A stretch of DNA of 64,000 bases from Bugula neritina. Lineage: Eukaryota; Animalia; Bryozoa. The notes beneath the pieces are model-generated. The model was not told the origin of the DNA and made no database searches. It saw only the letters and a program-made list of their open reading frames with translations. The position numbers and the translations under genes were made by a program. Below, in pieces: positions 42,537-55,764 of this stretch. The first letter of the stretch is position 1. The number at the start of each line of letters is the position of its first letter. Location: assembly GCA_964035545.1 (NCBI GenBank), contig OZ037768.1, positions 16,599,875 to 16,663,874 of the forward strand, read 5' to 3'.

Positions 42537-43904
42537 CAATGCAAAGTCATGAACCCTTATCTGTTGCACCCCAAAGGTCTACTTTCAGATCACAGATTGA
42601 GTATGAGAGCTCACTGCACTGGCTGTTTTAGCTTCATAGCTTGAGTACACAATATTTCAGCAAAAGTAATAAAGTAGCATGAACATTTTGCAAAACTATC
42701 TTGTGTTTTATATAATTGAAGTATACAAGCAGCTATTTTTTCATCAAAACTGAAATGTGCCAGAAACAATCAGGTTTACTACAGGTTCTATGAAATCTGA
42801 AGAAAATTGCAAGCATATTTCTATTTTTTCTATTTTTAGTGGAATGTTAGAAAAACTAAAATAGTAAAAAATAATAGACATTTTGGAAAATAGTGAGTTA
42901 TTAGAAGGAAATTATTATAACTTTAGAAAAAAAATTATGATATAGCTGATAACATTTACTAACAATACTCTCACAGCTTTTATTTATAGAAGTTCAATTT
43001 CAGGAATTTTAATAGATTATAGAGAACCATTTAACCCTGTTGACCACAAACCTTCATTTTATAATTTAAAAAAAATAATTGCAGTGATGGAACAATAAAA
43101 AGACTCAAAAGCTATCTAATCAACTGTACTCAAGTGACAAAAAATTTAAGAAGATTTCTTTTGGGCATAAACAGTTATTAGTTCGCAGATTTTACAGAGT
43201 CACAATTTAGGAAGTCTAACCCATATATCTATGCAGACGTTACTGGTCGTTTTATAAAACCAAAAGACATAAACATTGTATTCTCAAGATTACCAAAAAT
43301 CGCCAATCATTTTACAAATTTTGAGTAACTAACCAATTGATCACAGACATGCCAACAATTAACTGAAATGAAATGTCCTCAGAATAGAATTAATACAGTT
43401 TTCTTCAAGTAATCTTCTCTTTACTCAATCAAATACTTATAGGTTCTTTTGCACATATTGTACATTGATCTACAATTGTTATTTATACTAACTACATTAT
43501 TTTTATAAAGACTAAAAAGTGTTGTGTTTGAGGGGTTAATATTGAATGTTTATAGTTTTGATTTATCTGCTCACAGAATAAAAATCGCTCACCTGCATTC
43601 TGAAGAGCAAATCGCACAATAAGTAAGTAGCTATACAGTTAAAAAGTATTCAACAGTATAACAAACATAAATTTATGCTATCACTGATCAATCATGCAGC
43701 ATTTGCATGAATATAACTCAGCTGCTTTTTACTGAAAGCTTTTTCAAATATAGCCAACACTACACGGCTGCCGGTAAACGTTATTTACATCATTCATACT
43801 GTGAGCTATTTAGACAAAAAACATAGTAAAATTTATGTAGATTTTATTTTCAATAACTTTTTACTATACTTTTTTGCTCATCAGCTGTGTACAGATCATC
43901 TAGC

Positions 43905-46900
43905 ATGTCGGTTTGTCCACCATGTAAGTATAATAACATTTTGTAAAACCCGATAATTATATGTCAATAATGGAAATGAACTTTTTACAAAATTTGGAGA
44001 CAAGTTTTCATTAAATCTGTTAGTAATTATTAGTATAAGCATTTGATAGGTCTTTCTTTGTTGTGTTGTAGTTATTGAGCATCAAAAGATTCTTGAAACA
44101 CCCAACCACTATGAGCAAGAAACAAGCCATATCTTTGAACATGGCGTATGGCAATATAACACTGGTTTAGTGACTTCAATGACTCCAGATACTCAACACT
44201 TTTTCAGTATGCCAGCTGCAGTACCTGACGCTCACTTATGGGATGATGTTGAGAGGGTAACTCCTGTCACCTTTGAAGACTTCACTCAAAGTTATAATAG
44301 TCTTCCTGTAAACTCAGTCATTTCCTTTCCTACAATCAATTCGGATAATCATATCTCAATCAACACGAAAGCTACAGTATATGACAACTATAATATACCA
44401 GAAGAACCTGATGTTCCTCTGTCTGAAGTTATCTCTGAGGCTTTTCAGGTTTTAGGAATGCATAATGAAGCAGATGGCAGTTCAATAGGTGAGTGTGTTT
44501 AAGTTGATAAAAGCAAAATCATCAAATCTTTCCCTTCACAGACAAAGTAAATTGATCAATCCATGGAATACCGGTGAATCTCTATTCCCGCAGCACCAAC
44601 ACCTGCATTCTTTGTATGCTTAGATCACACGCGTGTACTCTCTGCTTTAGTGATTGTTTAATTGTTAATGCTGAAGTAAGCATAATGCAATCTATATGGC
44701 ATGATTAGATTCACTATGGCATCCGGAGTCGACGTAGTCGGGTTCCCTGAATGCAAATTCGGGAGCTCAACTTTGCTGATTAAACTTTTCTTGAATTTTG
44801 GATGCCCTGAATCATTTCATTTGGTGGGTTCGAGTGTCTGCTGGTTGCCCAATTTGGATGAAGCATTTTACTGATATATAAGTAAGGTCAGATGCCTCAG
44901 CCAGTCAATTAAACTGGAACTGCACCTAGTAATGTTCTATTATCTATACATTTATATGTGACTATAATTGCCTTTTTGCAATTATACTGTTTGAAGAGTC
45001 AAACCTGGGCTCTGTAATAAGCAGATCTGCAGTACATCACAACTGACTGACACTTCCCGTCTTCTTTTTATTTCATTACAAAGAGTTGTTATGTTCTGGG
45101 CAAAGTAATATAAGAACTCTCACAACCCCCACTAGCAATTTTACTCTCTGCAATTCAACTACAATACAAAATTTTGGTGGTGGTAATTCTGAGATTCTAA
45201 GAGATAATTTGCTCCTAAACAAAAGAAGACACAGCAAAGCCTTGGACGGAGGTGATCGCCATATTGCGGCTGAGATGGTTGTTCCCTAGGGCCTAGTAGA
45301 AGAGGAGCAAACTCTACTACAGGCTGCCATCCTGGTCCTCCACATAGGACAGGCTGAATAGGCACTACCTGTCAACTGGCACCATCTTTAGGCTCCGGTC
45401 TTCAGCAGAGAAGGGGGCAGAGAAATTAATTACAGCCTTGAGTAATGTGGCGGCCGTTTCCAAAAATCTCTCTCATGTGGCACTCTTACACCTGTGGTCT
45501 TGTTTAACGTATTGGGCTAAACTCTGCAGGGTAGAAGCCAATGCAGACACTATCTTTGGGTGCTGTGATTCTAGTTTGGAACTGAGGCTCGAACTTAAGG
45601 TGCCTCTACAGAAGCATGCGACCCGGGTGGAGCGGTTGGTCCAGAGTGTTCATAATAATTTTGATAAGGCTAGCAGGAAGATTCTGTTGCTTTCAAAGCA
45701 TTCTTACAGTTATTTAGCAGCCTGGGACTACAGCCCCACGCATTGCAGCTAAGATTGAGACTGGGAAAAGGACTCTTAAATAATGGGAGACATATTTTTG
45801 GCTAGCTGATGTCACAAACAAGCAAACAAACAAACAAACTTGAATGATGCTGCCTGTGACAGCTGTACGAGCACCAAGTAGCACCTGGTGATGGAGCAGG
45901 GGCTAAGACATAGGCCTTACCAAGGTCATCGGCCTAAAAATTCTTCTGGCTGACAAGATGATTTTGAGAAGACAACCGACTCACAGACTGGCTTAGAAGA
46001 AATTGAGCCGTCAGGGGCAACACAGTTTAAACCAGGACCTGATCTGCAATACATAGAGATCTCCAGTTGTTCTGGTCTGGAAAAAGATGGCAGCTGTAGA
46101 TTGTGCAAGAATTGTCGCAAAATTAACAACATGACCATCCAGGATGTTTGCCCCTCTCTCTGGTAAATGAGTCGCCAGATGCCCGGCACATTCTTTAGCT
46201 CATTGGAGCTGCTGAGCGCATACTGGCAAACACCTATCAGTTTTGATGACTAAGAAAAGGCAGCAAAAGGTATTGCAGTTTGAGCTGACATCCATTCTGG
46301 CTACCTCCCAACGACTCACGAAACATCCTCAGAGGTTTACACTAAAAGTCACTGCTCATCTATCTCAAAGATGTCATCGTGACCTCCCCATGCGTCAGCT
46401 TTCCATTTGTCTGCCCCCATCAGGGGGTTAGATGCTGTTATATTTTGATCTTCTAGCTTTATTCTGTGTATATTTACATATTACAAAATTTTATAGTTGT
46501 AAGAAACATAGTGGCAAATTTATCTGACAAATGCACATCGTTTTTGTGTACGAAACTACTAGTAATAAATGCCATTATATTAATCAAATCTCATTTTATT
46601 TCTTCTAATGTCTACGCTCTAGATTTATTTCTATAGAGCACTCTAGTAACGTTTTATAAACACTCATTTTACTATTTTACGCTCCTTTAAGTAGAGCACT
46701 CTATTTATAAACTGCAAAATGGAACAACTAAGATTTGATTATTCAACTATGAATATACCGATTCCATCACAATCACTGTATATACGGAGACTGATCCAAT
46801 ACACAGAATCTTTAGTCATCAGAATGAGATGGGCTGCCTTCTTCTTCCTAAATCCTGACTCTAGATCTAGCATGAAGGAAACTTATGGATTCAGGTCTAA

Positions 46901-49900
46901 AAAGTCCCCACCACAGATCACAGCTATGCAAAGTTTCGAACAAGGATTAGCTGACATGATCCGATCTGTTAAGTTTAGACATGTCCACAATACTTTTCAA
47001 GACAAGCTATCCTCCGACATCAAGCATAAAATAACCATGAGCGACAATATAATAGTGCCTGCAGACAAAAGCAACAATTTCTACAAAATGGACAAAGAAT
47101 CGTATGACAGACTCTTAACTAACAACATCACTAAAACCTATAAGAAAATATCAAATGACAAAGTCTCCAACATCACTAGTGAGAACAAAGCCATGGCTGA
47201 ACAATTGGAACTTGATGACAGAATTACTATAACAGCTAAGAAACCCGCCTTCATTACTATCAAGGATCATAAGGCTAACTACATAACTAACCCCACCTGC
47301 CGCCTTATTAACCCCACTAAACCAGAGATAGGTAGGGTGAGTAAACAACTACTTGACAGAATTAATACATCGATAAACAGCAAACTTGGCCTAAGTCAGT
47401 GGAAAAGCACATCTGCAGTTTTACATTGGTTTGACAATTTGACCACCACAAACAGGCACTCTTTTATCGTGTTCGATATTGTGGAATTTTATCCATCTAT
47501 ATCGCCAAAGCTACTATCTGATGCTCTCGACTTTGCCAACTTGCATACTACAGTCAGCAACCATGAACGGAATATCATATTGCACACAAAAAAATCCATA
47601 TTGGTGCATGACAACTCATTTTGGGGTAAAAGGCAATCAGATAATTTGTTTGACGTCACTATGGGCTCACATGATGGTGCTGAAACATGTGAATTAGTAG
47701 GATTATTTTTGTTAAGTACAATCTCAAAAAAGTTCAAAGCTAACATTGGACTATATCGAGACGATGGGCTAGGTGTAACAGATCTTAAACCACAACTAGC
47801 TGAAAAACTGAAAAAAGATCTTTGCATATTATTCCAGTCACACGGTCTAAAGATCACCATAGATGTAAATATTAAGACAACTGACTATTTAGATGTCACC
47901 CTAGATCTGGTCAAGAAACATCATACACCATACTCCAAGCCCAACAACATCCCTCTGTATGTACACAAAGACTCTAACCATCTTCCCAGCATACTGAAAA
48001 ACATACCAGAATCTATAAACCGCAGACTTTGTGACATATCTACCAATGAAACTATCTTCAACAATGCCACCCCACTATATCAAGATGCTTTGGCTAAAAG
48101 CGGATATGACTACCAACTCAAATACAAAGACTATACTGACAACACCAATACAAGCATCAAACCCATCAGACAAAGACAAGTCATCTGGTACAATCCACCT
48201 TATAGCCGCAATGTAAAGACGAAAATCGGCTCCATATACCTCAAGCTGATAAAAGATATATTCAACACCAAACACCCACTGCACAAAATATTTAATAAAA
48301 ACACACTCAAACTCAGCTACAGTTGCTGCCCAAATTTAGAGCAGACCATCACTGCTCACAACAAAAGTGTTACTAAATGCAACACCACCCCTATATCACA
48401 GGCAGGCTGTAACTGTAGAAATGTAAAGACATGCCCGCTCCCAGGAGAATGCACCACCCCAAACATTGTGTACCAGGCCAAAGTATCCGTCTCATCAAAA
48501 GATACTGCCGAAACATATATAGGAATTTCCTCCACTGCATTCAAGGCAAGATATTACAAATACCTTGCTTCTTTCAGACACCCAACCAAGCGCATGCAAA
48601 CTGAGTTGAGCAAACACATCTGGACCTTAAAAGACAAAGGTCTGGATTTTACCATATCCTGGAAAATTCTCAGAAAAGCTCAACCATACAACAACAACAC
48701 TAAAATCTGTCAGCTATGCTCATGGGAAAAATTTTTCATTCTTTATAAGCCACAGTTGTCTTCCCTCAATAAGCGCTATGACTTTTTATCCATATGCAGA
48801 CATGGTAGTAAATTTTTACTCAAGAATGCTGTAACATAGCCAATTAATTACAATGCTACCTCTTTGTTGTATTTTGATCTTCTAGCTTTAATCTGTGTAT
48901 ATTTACATATTACATTATTTATAGTTGTAAGCAATCATAGTGGCTAATTTATCTGACGAGTGCACATCGTTCTTGTGTACGAAACTACTAGTAATAAATG
49001 CCATTATATTAATCAAATCTCATTTTATTTCTTCTAATGTCTACGCTCTAGATTTATTTCTATAGAGCACTCTAGTAACGTTTTATAAACACTCATTTTA
49101 TTATATATATATATATATATACAGGAGCAAGAGATCCAAATACATGTGTTGTCTTTTTCAACTACAAAAATGAAATTACATAACAGCAACTATTTTATGT
49201 AAAAGTAAAAACTAAAACAATCGTTAAAAAGTTGTAAGTGCTACTTATATTGCTTTTTTGTGTTTTGTAGATGGAGAACAAACTTATTGGAATGAAAGAA
49301 ACACTTTTGATAGTCTGGTGAATCTATTGAGTAAAGGAGCAGATGAATACAACTCCAACAGAATTACAGAAAATCACACTAGTAATAATATGCATGTGAC
49401 TGCAAGTATGCTGCTACATGCATGTAGCATACTTGAAGACTCTTTTGATCAAAAGGAAAATCTAGATATTCCAGCAAGTAATAAAAGTAACCAGGGAAAA
49501 CCTGTACACGATATTGGTGAATATGAATTTACAAATCAAGTTAGTCTTTCTACACCTAGACATTTGCAGGACACCAAAAAGAATGGTTTTCAACGCCTTC
49601 AATGTAATTACAAAACAAAACATGAAAATAGTCTTACCAAACACATGAGAACACACAGAGACAAGAAGCGATATGAATGTAAAGTGTGTGGTCACGCTTC
49701 TAGCCATAAAAGCAGTCTCACAGTGCACATGAGAATACATACTGGGGAGAAACCATTTCAATGTGATCAATGTGACTACAAGACAGCACAGCAAGGTTCT
49801 CTCATGAAACACATAAAAACACATACTGGTGAAAAACCACATGAGTGCAGTGTATGTGAATATAAAACTGGAAACAAAAGTAATCTTAGTCAACACATGA

Positions 49901-50333
49901 GAATACACACTGGAAATAAACTATTCTCATGTAAGTTTTGTAAAAAGAACTTTGCTTCTAAAGGTAACATGAAAACTCACATGAGAACACACACAGGAGA
50001 CAAACCATTTGTTTGTGAAATTTGCGGTTATGCTTCTACTCACAAGAGTCATTTAAACAGACACATGAAAACACACACAGGAGACAAACCATTTGTTTGT
50101 GAAATTTGTGGTTATGCTTCTACTCACAAGAGTCATTTAACAGACACATGAAAACACACACAAGAGACAAACCATTTGCGTGCAGTGTATGCGACTATAA
50201 GGCCAAACAAAAAGTTCATCTTAGCAATCACATTAGAATACATACTGGAGAAAATCCATTCCACTGTAAACTATGCGACTACAAGGCTGCTCGGAAAGTA
50301 TATCTTGTTTCTCACATGAAGAAACACAACTGA
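43905..50333 (+). CDS. C2H2 zinc-finger gene copy E (coding exons 43905-43923, 44072-44488, 49271-50333), 9 fingers; 1-nt deletion at ~50140 in finger 7
   Basis: Same phase-1 exon structure as A and B; 4.8-kb TE-filled intron; finger 1 Cys->Arg; ORFs 49258..50151 and 50106..50333 join across the frameshift. Confidence 0.85.
45990..46330 (+). mobile_element. Heavily decayed Gypsy RT fragment in the intron of copy E (GC-richer remnant probably extends ~45230-46430)
   Basis: Broken motifs KKDGSCRLC...KINNMTIQDV and YWQTPISFDD*EKAA parallel the RT at 33170-33380. Confidence 0.55.
46509..46577 (+). ncRNA. Degenerate hammerhead ribozyme in the 5' terminal repeat
   Basis: Same fold as the 3' copy, but the core reads CTGACAA (G8->A) and the first stem II pair is mismatched. 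Confidence 0.7.
46719..48839 (+). CDS. Penelope-type reverse transcriptase + GIY-YIG endonuclease, intact 706 aa
   Basis: PADKSNN, FDIVEFYPSI, MGSHDGAE, YRDDG, YLDVTL; linker CNCRNVKTCPLPGEC; NIVYQ...TYIG...FKARY; CQLC...CRH. Confidence 0.93.
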   Translation: MEQLRFDYSTMNIPIPSQSLYIRRLIQYTESLVIRMRWAAFFFLNPDSRSSMKETYGFRSKKSPPQITAMQSFEQGLADMIRSVKFRHVHNTFQDKLSSDIKHKITMSDNIIVPADKSNNFYKMDKESYDRLLTNNITKTYKKISNDKVSNITSENKAMAEQLELDDRITITAKKPAFITIKDHKANYITNPTCRLINPTKPEIGRVSKQLLDRINTSINSKLGLSQWKSTSAVLHWFDNLTTTNRHSFIVFDIVEFYPSISPKLLSDALDFANLHTTVSNHERNIILHTKKSILVHDNSFWGKRQSDNLFDVTMGSHDGAETCELVGLFLLSTISKKFKANIGLYRDDGLGVTDLKPQLAEKLKKDLCILFQSHGLKITIDVNIKTTDYLDVTLDLVKKHHTPYSKPNNIPLYVHKDSNHLPSILKNIPESINRRLCDISTNETIFNNATPLYQDALAKSGYDYQLKYKDYTDNTNTSIKPIRQRQVIWYNPPYSRNVKTKIGSIYLKLIKDIFNTKHPLHKIFNKNTLKLSYSCCPNLEQTITAHNKSVTKCNTTPISQAGCNCRNVKTCPLPGECTTPNIVYQAKVSVSSKDTAETYIGISSTAFKARYYKYLASFRHPTKRMQTELSKHIWTLKDKGLDFTISWKILRKAQPYNNNTKICQLCSWEKFFILYKPQLSSLNKRYDFLSICRHGSKFLLKNAVT
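48938..49006 (+). ncRNA. Type I minimal hammerhead ribozyme in the 3' terminal repeat
   Basis: Stem I ATTTAT/ATAAAT extended by TAGTGGC/GCCATTA; core CTGACGA; stem II GTGCACA/TGTGTAC; GAAA; 3-bp stem III ACT/AGT; cleavage triplet GTA ending at 48993. Confidence 0.88.
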
Positions 50334-51857
50334 GAAACATGAAATGCTGATAATGTTTAAAATGCACATTCATATAGTCGGAAAATTTTTCACAGCAGAT
50401 TCCACAACAGACATCATAGAGATTGTATCTTATTTGCTGTCTTTTGGAGCTAGAATGACAAGATCTTTACACGTTGATTATCAACTTTATATTTGTTTAA
50501 TTTTACCTGTAAAGCTATTACATAAAAATATGAATGATGGATTCACTTCAACAGTGAACTTATAATATTTTGATCTAAAAAACAAAGCTAACTAAAAAAT
50601 TCATACTTCTGGTAACCTAGTCTTTCCACCATTCTATATAAATCTATTTGCTATTGACTATAACCTGTTCTTTACCATTATGTGAAATTTTTAGTGAGAT
50701 AGCATACCGTGTTCAGTAACATGTAATCCAAATCTTGTTGCTATTACCAAATTAAAGCAATTTTTTAAAGACATTTAGTAATCATTTCAATAATTTTAAT
50801 TTAGTAAATTTTTTATTGTTCAGAGGTCACATGCATATGTTATTTGATATGATTTATTTTAATTTAGTAAATTTTTAGATTTTCTTTCCAATGTTAGTTT
50901 ATTTTAATAAACTACTACGATACACAATCATTATATTAAAGAAAAATTGTCGATGTTTTATTTGTTCTAATTCTCTTTTTATAACTATTACATATATTAT
51001 ACCAGGGCAATAATTATTTGATTCTTAAACAAACATATCAACAATTTTGACAATAACCTTTCAGTTGGTATCCAATAAATATGAGCAATTACTGTTTAGA
51101 TTTAAGACATTTAAGAAAATTAAAGAAAAAATTATCATAGTGTGTAAAGCATTTGTGGCAACACTATCCAAAAAAGTAAAGTTTAAAACCCCTATATTTT
51201 CAGCCAAATTGCGCACGTTAGGTGTCCTGTTTAAGTGACACAAATTATTAAAACGCTCCACTACTGCACTTCTCCACATACTGTGATACACATCTTTCAG
51301 TGATGGCGGTTGACTGATGACTGCAACTTTGTAAAACCAGCTATGAACGGTGCGATAATTTTGTGGGTTGGCAAAGTTAACTGGAGAACATAACTCTATG
51401 TAGTAAGGGGAGAGTGAGAAGACGATTTCCAAGTGTAGAGAATACTTTATTTTACCAGCAAATAAGTGTAATAGTTTTTATCAATGAAGTGTACTTTTTG
51501 TGCTGCAGTGATAGACTGATTCTAAACCGGTTGGCTCACCCCTGTTATGGGCTGTAAAATGTTTGAAATCAAACCCACAACAGACAAAGAACGCTTGGGT
51601 ATTTACATAAATAAAACAGTTAATGCATTCCAAAACCTCCTTTCAAAATATAATGTGATAATAACTTTCAAAATCTACTTCACCCTCCCCCCCCCTCATC
51701 AAAAAGCACCCCTCTTTTCGATAACAGAAATATAATTTGAGCCTCACAAAAAACATCCTACAAAATGAAACACACAAGAGAAAAAATATGAGGTTAACCA
51801 AAACAATATGTCATGATTAGTGGAGCAATACTAAAAGAAAAAACACATGCATAACAA

Positions 51858-51984
<127 letters not shown>

Positions 51985-52545
51985 TGCGGTGTCCGAGATA
52001 TCTGAGGTGCCTGCCACTCTACATCAAAAGTTCCATCCGTGTTTTCCTTGGCATTGTCTGTACCTCCTCCTGGATGGGGTTGGCGGAAGTTACCGCAGGC
52101 CGTGGGTGTTTAAAGACTGTCTCGGTTTACGTGTCCCTCAGACTCGCATTCCCCCAGCAAGTAAGGTGTAGAGGCTTGGCAGGATCGTCCCGTGTTTGAG
52201 AAGCTCGTCTGCCAGCCTGATTTTCTTGTACTTTCTCTAAGTCAGCTTGCAGGTCTTTCACAATATCCAGTAACATGGAAAACTTGGTGGGGCCGGTGTG
52301 GCTATGGTAGCGGCTGCTACTTGAGACACTGGTGGGGCAGGCGATGTCGCCACCTGTTCATCTGCTTCCAACTGGTATGCAGTAAAACCCGCTCATTATA
52401 GTTGCGTAATTACTCACTGTAGTGCACCCGATTCGATTTTCATAATAGTATACATAATGTTCCCTCATTGAAGAGGATGCTCAACACACCGTTAGATAGA
52501 GAAGCCTATATGAGCTAAGCCTCCGGCAACCACCCATTACTCAAA
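51985..52545 (-). mobile_element. Diverged gag fragment related to the Gypsy element at 30.4-37.5 kb
   Basis: Reverse complement shares GGGACGA(T/C)CCTG, GTCTTTAAACA, TAACTTCCGCC and GCCAACCCCAT with 31600-31760; LLDIVKDLQA vs LIDMVKGLQA. Confidence 0.75.
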
Positions 52546-55500
52546 TAAGACGGAGCAGAGATAGGTGAAGATAGATGAGGACACATAAATTATGCACACC
52601 TACTTTGTGAGTTAAAAAACGTAGGAGCTTCAAAAGTTTCTTATTACAGTAAAAATTGAACATGTTTAAAAATTCACTAGAATGAATTTTTTGAGCATGT
52701 TTTATGTTTATTGTTTCAATCACATGTGTCACTATTTTGTTATTTTAATAATAATTATTTATCCAATCAATAAAAACAAAGACAAAGATAAAGACAAAGA
52801 TAAAGACAAATTTGAAAAGAAAGTTTTTTGATATTCACATTTTTATCAAGGCGTTTAGTTGTCTTTGGGCATCCTAATTTGTTCTATATATAGAAGCTCT
52901 GTTTGAAATGAAAGCATTTCTATGCAGTGGTTGCTATGTAGAATATATTATGTAGTGTTCGGTTATGATCTTCCACATAGAAGGCGCTGTAGTTGAGAGA
53001 AGACAACTTTATAGTTATCTTTTGTGTAATACTTGGAGCTGAATAAAGCACTGCAGAAATAGCAGCAACTGCACTTTTTAGAACTCAGGCATTATATTTT
53101 GTTCCAACAGCAGCAGTTGTGAGTATTAAATACCAGAATAGTAATATATTAGTTTCCGTAATTATACAACGGTATCCAAGGAAATTTTTGGCATTTAAGA
53201 AATTAATTTCAAAAGGCATGTATTGAATAACATTATAACATAGAAAATAATGTCGTGAGCATTTGAAATTCATTTGGTCGGACTGTTCTCAAGTATTAAG
53301 AAGTTAAAACTTTAAGTTATGAAGTTCTTTAACATCGCCACATCAAATGGAAAAGAGTATTATGGCAAATAAGTTAATTGCATACATGCATGCATTTGAG
53401 TTGGCAAATAGGAAAATATTATTCATTAATAGTTATGATATTATCTAATCACATCAAGTCAATTTATTTAATAAATTACATAGAATCAAATTAAAAAAGA
53501 AACTAATTTAGCAGCAGCTGAAAAGCTGACCAGCAGACACTTATAAGAAAAAGACACTTGTAAGAAAGACATATTATAATGAATTAGATACAATGTAATA
53601 GCTGACATTTGACAAATTAGCATAAAAAATCTTTTTCACATTTAAAAGAAGACATAGACTGCATATAAAACAGGGATTCTTTAAATGATTCATTATATTT
53701 CTAAGAAAAAATATAGTAATAATTGTTAATAATTATTAGCTCCTTAAATATTTTAAACATGAGTTTTCAATTATACTGAAGATATAAAATTATTATTTGA
53801 AGTTTAAAGATTGTGAGATTATTGAATCTCTGACAGTTTTTCAAATTCAAGTCATGCAAACAGATAAACCTTGACTGTAAACAGCAGCTGCTTTAGAGTT
53901 TATTTTATCAGCAGTCACTCCAGTCTTTATCTAGACATGGTTAAGGTGATGAAATGTGGCACCCAGACAAATTCACATTTTATTTTTTTACTTTTCAATT
54001 ATAGTAATGTTAGTTGAAGGTCACTGCACACAGAGTTGTCTCCTCTATTGAAGCATAGAGTATTAGCTCACTATGTACAGCTTCTCTTTCTTCTTATTTG
54101 TTGCAAGCTCAGATGATATTAGCTCACTCTTTCCATTAGTAAACCTCACAAGCCATAAGCATTGAAAAGCAACTAATGGTTGGCCTCTTAGCTTGCTTAG
54201 GAGCAATGCATAAAAGACAATTTTATTTCGATTAGAGAATCTACCAATGCTAGTGACTAAGCTAAGTCGGAAGTTCAAAAACCTAAATAAATATTTAAGT
54301 TTAGCAACAAACAAGGCTTTGAATTTTAAAGCCTAAAGGCATAATGTAAATCAACAACTAGTGTACACTGACATTTAGTACAATTGTGCATCAAAATATA
54401 TTTATCATGCATAGTTTACAGAACATATTATTTTTATTCTCTCCATGCTAGTCTGAACTCTCAATATCATGTTATCTAAATCTTCCTAATATATTATAAT
54501 TATTTTGTATCTAACATTCTTTTTGAGAAATATCAACTCAGTTTGCTGCAATGCTATAGCACAACTTACTATTTGAAGTGGACTGAGCACCGTTCATGCA
54601 ATTCAGTCCTAGCCCTTCTTTAGTCTTATTTCAAACGGCATATAGCAACTCTCTCTTTGTTTCCATCTGAAATCCTAGAGCTACGATATTATGACTTTAA
54701 TGATAAGCACTGTAATTTCACTCTACTTTCGCTACAGCCCCATGACCTGTGATAATACAGTGTCAGTTTTCAAATGCAATAACATTGCATTTACTTTGTG
54801 TAGGCATTGTTTTTCCTTAGAACTTAAGCTACAAATATCATATGCTTGATTGGCGTAGGACATGTCTACAATTAATGGTTATCACCAGTCTTCTATTGCG
54901 AATGGTGACAGTTATTACTGCTATTGAATGTTACTTTAATTATTGCTTCATGTTACTTATTTTTAGCTACTTTGCATCTTATACTAAAATGCAGTATTTT
55001 GGTGAAACGATGGATTACTGCTAGAGTATTAGCATTATGATAATTAATTAGTAATGTTGGGATGTGAGGTAAATTCATACACAAAGAAAATTAGAAGAAG
55101 GTTGATGGACCATGATCTCACCATTTCCCTGCCGTTACTTACATTTATAGTAATTCTTATGCAATTCCCTTCATTCATAAACCTGTTTTACCACTTCTCT
55201 TAACTGGTCTTGTAAGATGATCAACTAATTTGGGTGCAGCAGTCATATTAGCAACTTTCAGGGCCTACGAATCAGCTGAGACCAACACACAATGTACGTT
55301 TAGAGTTTACACAATAATATTGTAATTATGTACGCTGCGGAATGTTTCGCCAATAAAAAGAGTGATATAAGGTAGTATTACAGTCTCTTCTTGTGTAATG
55401 TTATATTTATCTCTCTACTGATGTACAATATAGTAATAGTAGTATAACACAATGCATTAAGCTACCTCATCTAATTGCATTTCTTATGGTAGTTTGGCAG

Positions 55501-55764
55501 TGTATGTTGTTACTATTCAGGTTATTCTTCATGCTGATTGTAGAGATATCTTAGCCTTGGCTATAGATAAAATACTGTTTCTTCTTATAGCGGCTAGGGT
55601 ATCTATAGTCTATTTTAACTTTGCTCTTGGCAACTGTGCAGTGATTGTAGAGATAGTGGATGCTCTCGGATACAACTGCTTGCACTTTCTTAAAAAGTGA
55701 AATAACTGGGTAGTGAAAGTGGTTCATTGAGCTTGATGAGTTGATTGTGGAAATACTTTTATAT

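Larger units (their letters stand above)
46441..49100 (+). mobile_element. Penelope-like retroelement (possibly Naiad clade) with direct terminal repeats 46441-46671 and 48870-49100
   Basis: Single ORF between ~230-bp near-identical direct repeats that contain hammerhead motifs; followed by a (TA)n run. Confidence 0.92.
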
